A stretch of 63,966 bases of DNA, counting the filler, from Stramenopiles sp. TOSAG23-6 (lineage: Eukaryota), in NCBI GenBank assembly GCA_900128565.1. It is 3 parts of 3 records of this genome, joined end to end, with 100 filler letters (N's around TTAATTAATTAA, not from the genome) between each part and the next. Parts side by side here need not be neighbours in the genome. Positions count along the whole stretch, not along the records: positions 1 to 21,727 come from LT636024.1; positions 21,828 to 43,541 come from LT636025.1; 1 more part is not named here. The stretch is one strand, 5' to 3'. Shown here piece by piece: positions 10,463 to 21,880 of the stretch; position 1 is the first letter of the stretch; every line of letters starts with the position of its first letter. Made by a program: the position numbers and the translations under genes. The notes under the pieces were generated by a model. It made no database searches and was not told where the DNA came from. It saw only the letters and a program-made list of their open reading frames with translations.

Positions 10463-11530
10463 TTAACCTTCAAAACTAGTGATTTCTGTTTCCTCAAAAA
10501 ATTGTTCATATGGTATCTTTAGTGTTTCATATGTCTTCATGTCTTCCATCAATAACATCTCTAATCCACAAGCCACTGGACCAGATAACCCATTTCCTAT
10601 TAAGGTACCATCTAACTCAGTAATTGGTCGAATCCAACCGCCACCAATATCCAGTAGTTCTCTACATTCTTTTATTTCTTCGATACTAAAGTCTCTTCTA
10701 ACAGTACTATTCAATGTAGAGTTACTAATTAAAGCAGGGGCTAAACTAAATGCACGAGCTGCTGTTGTACTCTCAAGTATATGACCGGGTCTTGGAACAC
10801 AGAGAACACCATCTTTATCTACCATTGCTATACAAGACACAGAAGACTCGTAAATTTGTTTTTTTGAATCTACTTGAATAGCAAGGTCAACATTTTTATC
10901 ATCTGCTTCCATTTGAATTAATGCATTAATCAGATAATTAGTCGTTTTGGTACTTGATAATAAAGGTGGTTTCAAGGGTAATGTTGTTGTACACGCTTTC
11001 AACCCAGTTGAACCAATCTCACACTGAGGTTTGTGACTATCATAGTCTTGATGAGCGACACAATAAAAATTTGCTTTTCCTCCCCGGCTCCGTAAACCTG
11101 ATGGAGAAATACTGAAATCACCACGCCCCACAGATAGCCAGTATCGGACATAGACTCCATTTTTGCGACCTGTGGCGGCAATTGTAGATAACACAATATT
11201 CTGCAAACGTTGTTTCGAAAATCTTAGTGGATGCTGATCGTCGCAGATTTTTGCAGCTTCCGCGCTTTTCAATAGTCTATCGAGGTGAAATTGAAGCCCA
11301 TAAGCATTTCCATCGACCACATTACAAGTATCAAAAACTGCATGACCCCGTGTAGTCATATGATCATCTATTGGGACAACGTATAGACTTGGATCAGTAG
11401 TTATTCCGTCGAGTTCACTAGAATACATTGCAAAACAGTCTTTTCTTACTGAAAGTGGAACACTTTTCTGAAGTGCTGACAAAGCTTCAGTTGGTTTTAA
11501 AAGACGGACAAATTTAGAAACAGTGGCCAT
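10463..11530 (-). CDS. Class IV PLP aminotransferase (plant-type D-amino acid transaminase / aminodeoxychorismate lyase-like)
   Basis: AMYSS..GITTDP..VPIDDH..RGHAVFDT, HLDRLL.SA, KTTNYL.NAL. Confidence 0.92.
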   Translation of the reverse strand: MATVSKFVRLLKPTEALSALQKSVPLSVRKDCFAMYSSELDGITTDPSLYVVPIDDHMTTRGHAVFDTCNVVDGNAYGLQFHLDRLLKSAEAAKICDDQHPLRFSKQRLQNIVLSTIAATGRKNGVYVRYWLSVGRGDFSISPSGLRSRGGKANFYCVAHQDYDSHKPQCEIGSTGLKACTTTLPLKPPLLSSTKTTNYLINALIQMEADDKNVDLAIQVDSKKQIYESSVSCIAMVDKDGVLCVPRPGHILESTTAARAFSLAPALISNSTLNSTVRRDFSIEEIKECRELLDIGGGWIRPITELDGTLIGNGLSGPVACGLEMLLMEDMKTYETLKIPYEQFFEETEITSFEG

Positions 11531-11919
11531 GGAATTATCCGTTTGAATCTAAAGAAATAGATAAGACTCAAGAGAGAAATTCTAAAATAATCAGAATTAT
11601 TGGAATTTTGAATATTTTTAATCAACAAAAAAAAACAATCAATGACCATTGGCCATGATGATGACTCAAGACATCTTTTACCAGGACCAGGTACCCCAGC
11701 AAGTACAGACTACACAGTCTACGCCGTATGATTATTTTATGTATAGAGTCTATAGACTATGTCGATCTCTGGAGTATAATACCCGGTAATTAGTAATTAA
11801 TATGTTTAATCACCCACGAAATTATTATGCAAACATGCAAAGTGTAATTTTAAACCTGAAGGTGACAAATTCAATTAAATGAAAACGATTTTATGAAACT
11901 ATTTTATTATTATCAGTCA

Positions 11920-14280
11920 TTATTTTTCAACTTTTTTTGTTTCATCGGATCCTATATTATTTTTTGACAAATTCAAAGATTTACGCATACTTTGCATTTT
12001 TGCAAGTCTAGCAGTGATAGAACCCATATCCATTGAACGATTCTTTTTCAATAATGAAGTTGCTAACCCTACAGATTTATTATTCCCTGATAAACTCTGA
12101 GTTAACGTTTTCTTCTTTCCTCTTGGTGTAGCTGCTCTTTTAGATTGGAGTGTTCCAGAAGAAGATAATCTCACTGATTTTAGACCACTTAATAAATGCA
12201 TATAACCCTGATTTTTCGTATTTTCAACATTCTTCATAGTATGAGCTCTAGAACCTACAGGCGTTTCCCCAACTTCATGTGCTGGACGTCCTTGCCATAC
12301 TACATTTAGTCGGATGCGTACATATCCTGTTGATTTAACTTGAAAGCCATAGTTGTTAAGAAATGTAGCTAGTCCAATAGGGGATGCAATAAATTGTAAA
12401 TCCCCAAGTTCGCGATTACCACCAAGAAAGAACTCTGCCATACGATCTCTCACTGATGCCTCAGGTTTCCACATTTGTACACGAAAATCAAAATATCCTG
12501 GAGTTCGTGGAATTTCATGTCCACCATAACCCTCTACACGATGCCTACCTAATTCATCGACAGAAAATACAAGAAATAATATTTGGGGTGTTCTCATTGA
12601 TTGAATAATATCATATTCAGATTCTTGTTTTGCTTCGTAGCTTTTCGATTCGCTATTTTTAGCATTCATGTCATTGTTATTATTTGAAGGTTTTGGTGGG
12701 GACATATCGAATTCATCATTTTCTTCACAAGCTTTTACTTCTTTTAATAGTTCGAATTCAATAGGATAAGCAAAATGAGCAACAGCCGTTGAAGCAGTTC
12801 GTTCTAAAATACTTGATAAATATCCAGGAGGTCGTTCAATCACACGAGCTGCTTGTGTGATACCCGCTGTTAATGATTTGATTCTTTCAGGTGTAGTGCC
12901 GTTTGGCCATTCCCATCCTTTTATTGGAAGGATAAGTTCGTGTTGAACATGAAGTAATGTACCACTAAAATCTATAGCAGAGACAATCTCCCCAAAAATA
13001 TGCATTCTATTATAACCTGGTGGGGGGGCACCATCAATTGATGTACCAACACGATTGCGTAAAGATTTATATAATCGTAATTCTTTTTGTCGTTCTTTTT
13101 GTACTATTAAATCCTCCATTTTCCTGTCTAATATGGCACCTTCATTTCGAATGCAAAATTCATAACGAATACCTGATTTACTGGTTATTCTGTACCATCT
13201 TGTGCCGTCAATTACGACAACTGGAGCATCAGAATTACGATGAGCTTTAGTAATATCATCAATAGGTTCAATTAAAGGATCTTTTGTACCTTTTGCCAAA
13301 CTCAAACGAGCTCTTCTAGGACTTGATTGACCCATTGCCTCAGCATCTACTTCTTCCTCCTCTTGTTCCAATAAAGTTGTAGAAAATGCAGGTGTCACAT
13401 CAAGACGACCCACTTTTCCATTAGATGAATATAGTTTTATACTACAAATTACTTGTGTTTCATAAGCAAGTGCCGACACGTCACTTTCACTACCGTTTAA
13501 AGCCGTTTTACAAGCTTCTTTATTCACGTCAAGTGCTGCGAGAATATACATAGACTTACACTGTATATCTCGTCGTAAATGATTAGTAGTATACATATCA
13601 TCGAAATTACTTTGTTTAAGTGCATCGTTTTTTATATCTTCTATTGATTCCAAAACAATGTTATTGGCGGAGTTGGAATTACGCATAGAAAGTCGTAATA
13701 TATTTTCAGATAACGGAGTTTCTAGTTCACCTCGGGAAGTTGTAAATGTTCGATTATATTNNNNNNNNNNNNNNNNNNNNNNNNNNNNNNNNNNNNNNNN
13801 NNNNNNNNNNNNNNNNNNNNNTATATTCTTCGGTTGGAACGTATCCATCTTTATCAACGTAATTAAAAATCATTGTATTTGAAACATTATCAATTGGAGT
13901 TCTACCACCATCTATTTTTTCTTTAAAAATGTTTGCATAATGCTTTGATAAAGAGCTATGTGAACTACTAGAAACCTCATTACCAACACCTTTTTCTTTC
14001 TGTAATTTTTCACCAGCCATTTTTGAATAAATAACAATTTCTTTTGGACTAAATACTTTCTCTTGCCAATGAAATGATTTTGAGACCGTCATGTTCTCAT
14101 TGTCTGTAGTTTTAATGATATTACCTACGTTATCATACAAAGTGTCTCTGTGAACATCTTTCGTGTCATAAATATTTGTTGAATGGATTTTCTGTCGCCG
14201 CAACTCCACTTTCAACTTCAGGNNNNNNNNNNNNNNNNNNNNNNNNNNNNNNNNNNNNNNNNNNNTGCACGCGTCGACAT
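11920..14280 (-). CDS. MKS1: Meckel syndrome 1 ciliary transition-zone B9/C2 protein (interrupted by two N gaps; start uncertain)
   Basis: FHWQEKVFS, IFGEIVSA.DF, AHFAYPIEFEL, VEGYG...PG....VQMWKP, FFLGG..EL.D, GFQ..STG.VRIRLNV. Confidence 0.88.
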
Positions 14281-14436
14281 TGTGGCGTAATTGCTGCAAA
14301 AGATGCTCTTTTGATAATATGCTTTGGAAAGTACTACGTGAAAAACGGACGTTATTTCGAGTAACGGCTATTTTTAGTACCGGGTAACATATTTTCAAAT
14401 GCTTCAAAAAAAAACGCAAACAAATTTTAATTATAG

Positions 14437-17238
14437 ATGATAGCTAGACAAATGGACAATGAAAATATCAGTGGTGAGCATGATGAACTGCAGGACCTTC
14501 TTGTACAGTTTTATTCCCAAATTGCCCCAGAAAAACTTCGTGATGTCCCACGTATCGCTTTAGCCTTCAAAGATGTAGGTGTCGTTGGTTTAGCGGAACA
14601 GTTATCCGAAAAATACTCGGATTCGAATGGCAAAGAGTTTTCACAAGTTACGCCCATTACTCCATTTACGGAATTTACATTTTCTGATGACTCCAAAGAC
14701 GATTCGTCTTCTACAAGTGTCACTCCTAATGAAAATGACTACTCCTCCGTATATCATACACCACAAACTATATATACTGCAAATAAAAATCATACGTTGA
14801 TTAACGAATCTAATTTGAGGCAAAGGTCTCCTCTACTTTTAATTCAGCCCAATTCGAGTAATATTAAAAACAGTTCAAGCACTGAGTTTCCTGTCCACTC
14901 CAAAAATATAGACGCTGAAAAAGGAAATAATGTAGATATTTTACAAACTGTCGACAAATCAACGTTGAAAATGCGTTCTGAATATAATGCACCAGAATAT
15001 TCACAAGATCAATGTAGAATTCTTAAAAATGAACGCAAAGAAATGATGAAAGAAATAGTGCATTTAAAAAATCAACTTTTATGTTCAAAAAAAACTGCAA
15101 TTGATGCTATCAATCGTCAGCACGTATGGGCTAATTTATCCTCAGAATTTAAAGATTTATTAGAGTCCACAAAAGTATCGGAAGTTGCGATCCAAGCGAA
15201 AGCAAATGAATATCTTCAACTAGAAATGAATGCGAATACTTTACTAACAAAACAAAGGATTTCTCAGAGGAGTTTTGAGGAAGATGTAATACATAAGAGT
15301 AAGGAATTTCATTCTCAGGAATCAGAAATATATAAAGTGGCCGTAGCGACGCAAATAAATATTGTAGAACAAAAACATCAATTAGCCATGAGTAAAGCAT
15401 CATTAGATCATAATAATGCACTAGAAAATCTACGTCAAATGGAAGTGAGATTATTAGCAATAGCCGATAAAAAATTGAAATCTGAATATTTGATACGGGT
15501 TAAAGAACGTCGGATATCAGCAGAGAAAACAATTCAAACGACAAAGAATATTGAGTTATTAGAATCAGCATTGAATAAGAGTGAAGCTGAATGTAAACGA
15601 CGACGAGAACGTGGAAAGGACCGATACTGTACGTACAGAAATGAAATGAGTAGGCTTCACGAGGATATAGAACTATTGAAGATGAAAAATGGTTCATGTC
15701 AGTTAGAAGAAAAGTCGTTACAATTATCTCTAGTTCAAGGGAAGAAGAACATTTCAGCAATAACTATAGAGAATGGAATATTAAAGGAATCAATTGAAAA
15801 TATGCGTAAATATATTAAAGAAAAAGAAGCTGAAGTCAAGGATGCGTCCATTCAGGCACACGAAGCGAATGATCAAGCATTGGATTTCATTTCACAAGCA
15901 AATTCCGCAGCTGAAGTACTCCAACAAAAAACAGCTGATGCAGAAAGACGATTAGAATTACTTGAGATTGAGTTTAACAAAGAAAAAGAAAGGATTTATG
16001 AAAGTGCTGAACATGTTGAAACACAGTTAAAAATACAATATAAAGAAGCAATGAGAGAATCTTCAGAATTACAAACGAGTTTACAATCTGCACTACAACA
16101 ACGAGATTCTGCTTTAGCTTCTAAACTAGATGTTGAAAATAATCTTATCAATAATTCTTTACTTCATAAACAATGCATTCTGGAATTAACCGAAAATTAT
16201 CATAAAAGTGAAACTAATGCATTGAAACGACTGACTGAAGAATTCCATGCAGCTAATCTAAAATGTAATGCAAAACATAAAGAAACACTGATGAATGAAG
16301 TACAAAGGGAAAAAGAACGAATGTATCATACTTTAGTGAATGAAGAAAACACTCATAAAATTAAATATTTGGAGCTAGTTGCATCAAATAAAAAAGAAAC
16401 CAACGAAAAAAGAAAGATTGTTCAATGTGAGCTTGAAGATGAAAATGAACTTTGCAAGAGAGAAGTTACTAGTGTTATGTCTCGTATGAATGAATACAGG
16501 GAAGAAATACAAAAAATAGAACATAAACATCATTCAGTGATAGAACAGAATAATATCGAACATTCTAAACATTTGGAGCAAATAGAAGCAATCCAAAATG
16601 AAAATAATAATAAATTGAAAAAACAAATTGATCAGTTGATGATAAATCACAACAAAGAAGTTGAAGAATTGATGGAAGCACATACAATTGAAAGTAATAG
16701 TGGCGAAGAAATGTTAAAACAGAAATATACAGAGAGGGTACTTAGGTCAGCTTCAATGGCACAGCAAGCGTTACATGTGAGTAATATAGCAGCAGCTGAA
16801 GCGAATATGTTAAATACAGAATTGTTTAAGGCAAGCTCTACAATTGCTAAACTACAAGAAGACAAACGGCGAATGTCCGATTCCGAATTTCGTGTCCAAA
16901 AACTATTACAAGAAAAAAACCAATACTATTATGAAAATGAGCATTGCTTAGAACAGATGTACAATAAATCACTTGAAATAACTGAGCAGCAACAAAGATA
17001 TAGTAAAGAAGAAACGGAAAGTTTAAAACAACAACAATTTGTTTCAAGTAAAGAAATCCGACAGCTAAAGTTAGAAGTAGACTTATTTGCTTTTTATGCA
17101 CGCAATAATGTCAGTGCAGATAAATTCGAAAATATTTCAACTTTAGCTAGAAAGTATCATTCACCTATGGAGAAACAGTTTGTGTTGTGGAATGCTCTTA
17201 AGGAAAAATATCCAGGTGATAAAAGATGGAATAAATAA
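14437..17238 (+). CDS. Long coiled-coil protein with short FYxxxxPxK helical motifs at both ends
   Basis: 933-aa ORF with E/K/Q heptads; LVQFYSQIAPEKL near the N-terminus and FAFYARNN..DKF..KY near the C-terminus. Confidence 0.8.
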   Translation: MIARQMDNENISGEHDELQDLLVQFYSQIAPEKLRDVPRIALAFKDVGVVGLAEQLSEKYSDSNGKEFSQVTPITPFTEFTFSDDSKDDSSSTSVTPNENDYSSVYHTPQTIYTANKNHTLINESNLRQRSPLLLIQPNSSNIKNSSSTEFPVHSKNIDAEKGNNVDILQTVDKSTLKMRSEYNAPEYSQDQCRILKNERKEMMKEIVHLKNQLLCSKKTAIDAINRQHVWANLSSEFKDLLESTKVSEVAIQAKANEYLQLEMNANTLLTKQRISQRSFEEDVIHKSKEFHSQESEIYKVAVATQINIVEQKHQLAMSKASLDHNNALENLRQMEVRLLAIADKKLKSEYLIRVKERRISAEKTIQTTKNIELLESALNKSEAECKRRRERGKDRYCTYRNEMSRLHEDIELLKMKNGSCQLEEKSLQLSLVQGKKNISAITIENGILKESIENMRKYIKEKEAEVKDASIQAHEANDQALDFISQANSAAEVLQQKTADAERRLELLEIEFNKEKERIYESAEHVETQLKIQYKEAMRESSELQTSLQSALQQRDSALASKLDVENNLINNSLLHKQCILELTENYHKSETNALKRLTEEFHAANLKCNAKHKETLMNEVQREKERMYHTLVNEENTHKIKYLELVASNKKETNEKRKIVQCELEDENELCKREVTSVMSRMNEYREEIQKIEHKHHSVIEQNNIEHSKHLEQIEAIQNENNNKLKKQIDQLMINHNKEVEELMEAHTIESNSGEEMLKQKYTERVLRSASMAQQALHVSNIAAAEANMLNTELFKASSTIAKLQEDKRRMSDSEFRVQKLLQEKNQYYYENEHCLEQMYNKSLEITEQQQRYSKEETESLKQQQFVSSKEIRQLKLEVDLFAFYARNNVSADKFENISTLARKYHSPMEKQFVLWNALKEKYPGDKRWNK

Positions 17239-17295
17239 AAAGTAATTAATAATTTTAATTATCAGTTATTATAAGAAATAAAATCATTTTTGCAT

Positions 17296-18582
17296 TCATT
17301 TATTTTTTAACATCCTACTGTCACTGTGTTCATCAAGAGTACCTCTACTTTGTGGTATATCTTCACTCTTTTTATCGTTTTCATTAGATAAAGTAGAGAA
17401 ATTTATCGGTGGTATTGTAGATTGTTGTATTACAATGACTCTATCACCCACAGAAATTGACTGTTCTTCTTTTACATAATCATTAAAAAAACCAAGATAT
17501 TTCAATAGTTGCTTCAAAAAGCCATTACTGGTTGTATTTTTCATATCATTTTTCTGTTTATGTTGTTTATATGTATACTTGTATTGATGAATCAAATTCA
17601 TTCCAAAAAAAACTTCAGTTTCTTTTCCTGGGATTTGTATTGACCGGTGTTTTCGCAATGTCAGTAATGGTTCTGAAAGAGTTCCACCTTGTTTTCCTGA
17701 GCTTTGATCTGTTGTAGTAATTTTACATCGGCAACATTTTTTTACACCAAAGAAATCAATGGATTTTCCATCTGAACTACTCTCAGAGCTAAGAATACGT
17801 ATATGTTTCATGTTATCTTCGCTAAAAGGTACTAACGTTGGACTATCAATGACAATATTAGGCCGAAAACGATTCATTGGAAGCTGAGAATGACCTTCAA
17901 TAATTAACCATGAGTTGAGTTTTCTCAACGAAGATTCCGAGGTTAATAAAAAGGGAAAGCCATCCGCGAAACCTCTCAGATCTAGTGCTTTATCTTTATT
18001 TTTATTCACCGCGTAATTTTCTGGGACATAGTTTTTCACATTGTCGTCACAGTAAATTAAACGAAGACTTTGATTTGAAACTCCCAAAAATTTACAAAAC
18101 CAGCTGGCTGGAGCAGCACCTTGGTCACGGGCACCAATAACACTAGTATCCCATAGTTTAACACGACCGTCAACTATTGGTGCATCTTTTACAATTGGAG
18201 CAACTAAGCGTGGCATTCCAGGCGCTGTTGCAAGCACAGCTATTGTTCGGTTATTTTCTCGAACAGGAGTGGCTGTGACTAGAGCAAGACGAGGGTATTG
18301 ACGTTGCGTTTGAAATCGACCTTCTTCGTTTATTAGCATCCACCTTCGATCGTCTCTCAAACCAGTTCTTGTAAGCTCAACAGACGAAACAGAATACCCT
18401 CCACAACTCTTTATTGGGTATACAATTAAATTAGTTACTTTTGTATTGGGTAACTTCTTTTTTCGTTTGAAACTGGATTTTCTTTCAGAAGGTATCATCG
18501 AAGCTGAGGAATGCTGTCGCTTTCCAAGTGTTTGAAAAGACTTTGCAGTCGTCCCAGTCTTATTTGATCTTTGCTGTGGCAT
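17296..18582 (-). CDS. MOSC-domain protein (mARC-like)
   Basis: YPIKSC, DRRWML, FADGFPFLL.SESSL, RFRPNIVI, C.RC.ITT.DQ. Confidence 0.93.
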   Translation of the reverse strand: MPQQRSNKTGTTAKSFQTLGKRQHSSASMIPSERKSSFKRKKKLPNTKVTNLIVYPIKSCGGYSVSSVELTRTGLRDDRRWMLINEEGRFQTQRQYPRLALVTATPVRENNRTIAVLATAPGMPRLVAPIVKDAPIVDGRVKLWDTSVIGARDQGAAPASWFCKFLGVSNQSLRLIYCDDNVKNYVPENYAVNKNKDKALDLRGFADGFPFLLTSESSLRKLNSWLIIEGHSQLPMNRFRPNIVIDSPTLVPFSEDNMKHIRILSSESSSDGKSIDFFGVKKCCRCKITTTDQSSGKQGGTLSEPLLTLRKHRSIQIPGKETEVFFGMNLIHQYKYTYKQHKQKNDMKNTTSNGFLKQLLKYLGFFNDYVKEEQSISVGDRVIVIQQSTIPPINFSTLSNENDKKSEDIPQSRGTLDEHSDSRMLKNK

Positions 18583-18765
18583 TTTCTTAAAACAGCGAGA
18601 ATGACAGCAGGCTCCTTTTAAAATGATTTTAGAATTAGATTGATTATTGGATTGAGATTTTCCTAAAAAGTTTTTTATAACTTCATAGCTATATATGATT
18701 CGCGCTGACCAGTCATGTGAACACCAGTCACACCTTGACTTTTGAAAATTATGACATTTTTTTTC

Positions 18766-18826
18766 AAACCCTAACCCTAGTAAAAAATTTACAGATTAAA
18801 TTTTGCGATTTTTTTCCAACCCGGTA
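18766..18826. promoter_or_regulatory. AAACCCTAACCCTAG and ACCCGGTA motifs in the MOSC/MOB4 divergent promoter
   Basis: Both are recurrent promoter motifs in this window. Confidence 0.5.
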
Positions 18827-18921
18827 TTCCCGTTGCAGTGCTAGCATATGTATTCTATATTTTGTCTCTAATATAAACTGTTGGCGTTGCTGCACATTCC
18901 TTCGCCAGAGACGTCGGAATT

Positions 18922-20232
18922 ATGGCGGGTGGCTCCACACATACAGATATTTGCCAATTAGTTAGAGAGTACTCAAAATTTTCTGAAGATAGCGAGGCTG
19001 CAATAAATATAGCACGAAAAGTGTATGAGCAAACGGGATATCCACTTTTCGGTATTGAAGCCATGGAGGAGGAAGAAGAAGAATATGATGATACAGGATT
19101 AAAACTTTATAGTAAATACACATCTTTAGATTTAGGTAAGACTGTCCGATCAAGTGAAAAGCGAGATATTCCACTTGACAATTTTTTTTCTGGCTCTTTA
19201 TCAGCTGCCCCGCCTCTTATGTTTAATAATATGGCAAGAAATAATAAAGGCTGGAGCTTGAATTTAAGGTCGGCACTTGGAAATGAAAGTTATGCGACGG
19301 ATAAAGATATAGACAACCCTCCGTTACAAATTGATGTTCCAAATAATGAGTCTCATAGATCACTTGAATTTTTCCGGAGTAAAAGCGGGAGAAGTGATGA
19401 GAGTACAGATTCATCTAGTGGCTACAGCGACAGTGAAGCTAACGCTTTATCCAGTCCTTCCCCTTCTAAGCGGCCATCAGTAGCAACTATAATGAAATCT
19501 AGCACCGAAGAAAAACGTAGAATAGATGATGAGGAGTTTACCTCTAATGATTTAGCTGAAGATTATATGGGTCCAGTTTCTGTGTCCGACCAAAAGTTCA
19601 GGAGAATACGACCTGGAACAAAACTAGAAGACCATTACATTTGGGAACGCGGGAGTGACAAAATTTCAAAAGAAGTGCCACCTCCCACAAAAAATCAATA
19701 TGCACCATTACAGGAACATTTAGAGATGCTTATTAGAAGAGATCCTAGTAATGTTTATAACATATGTGAAAAACCAGATAAAGTCGACCTTTTGCTATGG
19801 CAGTTCGAACATATCAAAAGATTTGTTCTTGAACTAAATTTTCTAGTTGTTTCTTTGAGATCAGTTTGCACTGCGGAGTCGTGTCCACTTATGAATGCAA
19901 CTGAAAAATATACTTTTCGATGCGCTGGACCACACGGTGCATTTGACTGCTGTGCTATTGACTATATGATTCATACTTTAGACAATGCTACATTAAAACT
20001 GTGTTCTTTAAATCTATTTCCGGAACGAAATATTATAAGAACGCAATCTTTAAAAGAGTGTGAAGCTCTTGCTAGACGATTATATAGAATCTTTCCACAT
20101 TGTTATTATCATCATCATGAGATATTCCAAATGTTTGAAAATGAACATCACCTTTTTGAACGTTTTATGTGTTTTGTCAAACTTTATAATTTTGTACCAC
20201 TGCAACTTCTTGTGCCACCAATATCACTTTAA
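18922..20232 (+). CDS. MOB4: MOB4/phocein-like protein with N-terminal extension
   Basis: RRIRPGTK, WQFEH..RFVLELN, C...SCP.MNAT, CCAIDY..HTLD, RRLYRIF.H.YYHH. Confidence 0.88.
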   Translation: MAGGSTHTDICQLVREYSKFSEDSEAAINIARKVYEQTGYPLFGIEAMEEEEEEYDDTGLKLYSKYTSLDLGKTVRSSEKRDIPLDNFFSGSLSAAPPLMFNNMARNNKGWSLNLRSALGNESYATDKDIDNPPLQIDVPNNESHRSLEFFRSKSGRSDESTDSSSGYSDSEANALSSPSPSKRPSVATIMKSSTEEKRRIDDEEFTSNDLAEDYMGPVSVSDQKFRRIRPGTKLEDHYIWERGSDKISKEVPPPTKNQYAPLQEHLEMLIRRDPSNVYNICEKPDKVDLLLWQFEHIKRFVLELNFLVVSLRSVCTAESCPLMNATEKYTFRCAGPHGAFDCCAIDYMIHTLDNATLKLCSLNLFPERNIIRTQSLKECEALARRLYRIFPHCYYHHHEIFQMFENEHHLFERFMCFVKLYNFVPLQLLVPPISL

Positions 20233-20377
20233 TATGATAATGTTATGACAAATCAAGCACAATTTTGTATGAACCTTGTATGGGGTTTGAAAGAATAATA
20301 AATATAATACAAAAATATTTACAACTGGTGTGTTTGCACAAAAAAACTATTTTTACTTTAAAAATCTATCATACATT

Positions 20378-21727
20378 TTATCCATTACCAAGTCTCTGAG
20401 CCAATGCATAGTCACTTCTAATCATTACATGAAGCGCAGGTATATATTCTGGAGTTCGAGATGAATTACTCGAGGATCTCCTATGATCATTTGAAATAAG
20501 AGCATTTCGAAGTCCAAGGTAAGCATGGTGAAACGCTTGCTGAACACGAGCATTCATCCAGCTATTTTTACCAACATCCATTTCAGGTTCATCTGGATTT
20601 TCTATAGCCAATAATCCTGGACGATTTGGATTGTACCAACCTCTTTCCTTTTTAGAAAACAAACTTCCACCATTACGTAGTGAAAGACCAACACTTGCGT
20701 AATTGAAATCACGCCCCCAAAATTGAAGAAAGCCTAATAAAAGATTTCCCAAATTAATCCTAGTAGAATGTTTCTTACCTAATCGAACAAGTCTAGCATG
20801 CTGTTGTAGATAACCAAACACCATAAGTGCAGTACAGAATGAACCAATACCACCTGTGTACGTTTCATGTAGCTTTCTTTGAGATAAAAAGCATTTTAAT
20901 ACCATAATCATTGGTTTGGCAGCAGGCATTTCTTCCAATAACTTCTTTGTAAGTCGAGCTGTTCGTATTCCACTTTCAATATCAAAGGATATATCTACAG
21001 GAATATTTGATTCTAAATCTGTGAATTTTACTAATGGAACTCGGGCTTTACCAATCACTTCTAATGAAGAAACACGGCGAAGTAAACGCAAACGTTCTGC
21101 AAGTATATTTAACTTATCAGGTTCATCACAGCCAAATACAGTAGCATCAATGTCACTAGTGGGTAAGGCGAGCCCAGTTACAGAAGAACCAAATGCAACT
21201 AAACCAGCATGAGGCCATAAATCAGTTATTACTTGTTCTAATTCTTTAATCAAAGTTCGTCGAGCGATTGCTTCCGCAGGACTTGGAGCAGCCCATGTTG
21301 CAAAATCAATTAATTCTCGATGTAGAGAAAGACAAGGATTTCGAAAATAATGTTTATAACCTTTTGGTGCCCATGGTGTTGCAACAAGCGCTTTTGTTCG
21401 TTTGCTTTCTTCTACTTTATCGTTAACACCTAGCTTTAGATAATCGCTCATACTATGCTCATCNNNNNNNNNNNNNAGAAGATAAAACATCTATAACTTC
21501 AGGGTATGCTGCAGAATGTTTACTATGACTACGTATTTTTATCTCACCTTCTTCTGCACTACTCTCAATTAAATCAAAACTATTTTTTCTCTTATCCGGA
21601 AAAGTCGTAAAACTAGTAGCTGGACCAATCTCACCTTCTTCATCACTATTAGAAGGAATATAACTTAAATTAAAACTATTTTTTCTCTTATCCGGAAAAG
21701 ACGTACAACTAGTAGCTGGAACACCTG
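20378..21727 (-). CDS. PAPD5: Non-canonical poly(A) polymerase PAPD5/Trf4 (5' partial; small N gap; repeated N-terminal EEGEI units)
   Basis: FGSSVTGLALPTSDID, KARVPLVKF, VDISF, YTGGIGSF, LAIENP. The frame stays open from 21477 to the contig end. Confidence 0.9.
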
Positions 21728-21771
21728 NNNNNNNNNNNNNNNNNNNNNNNNNNNNNNNNNNNNNNNNNNNN

Positions 21772-21783
21772 TTAATTAATTAA
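21772..21783. other. Artificial contig linker TTAATTAATTAA between N runs
   Basis: Six-frame stop linker, repeated identically at 43586. Confidence 0.95.
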
Positions 21784-21827
21784 NNNNNNNNNNNNNNNNN
21801 NNNNNNNNNNNNNNNNNNNNNNNNNNN

Positions 21828-21880
21828 TTGTACCTAACAAATTTTAGTTTTTTTTTTTGAAATATTTTTCCAAAATACAT
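21828..21880 (+). mobile_element. Introner 3' half at contig start (...AAAATACAT; AG also available at 21884)
   Basis: TTGTACCTAAC...TTGAAATATTTTTCCAAAATACAT. Confidence 0.85.

Noticed and set aside
21728-21827. TTAATTAATTAA palindrome as a biological element
   Set aside because: It is flanked by N runs and repeated at 43586, so it is an artificial six-frame-stop contig spacer. Gene adjacency across it is meaningless.
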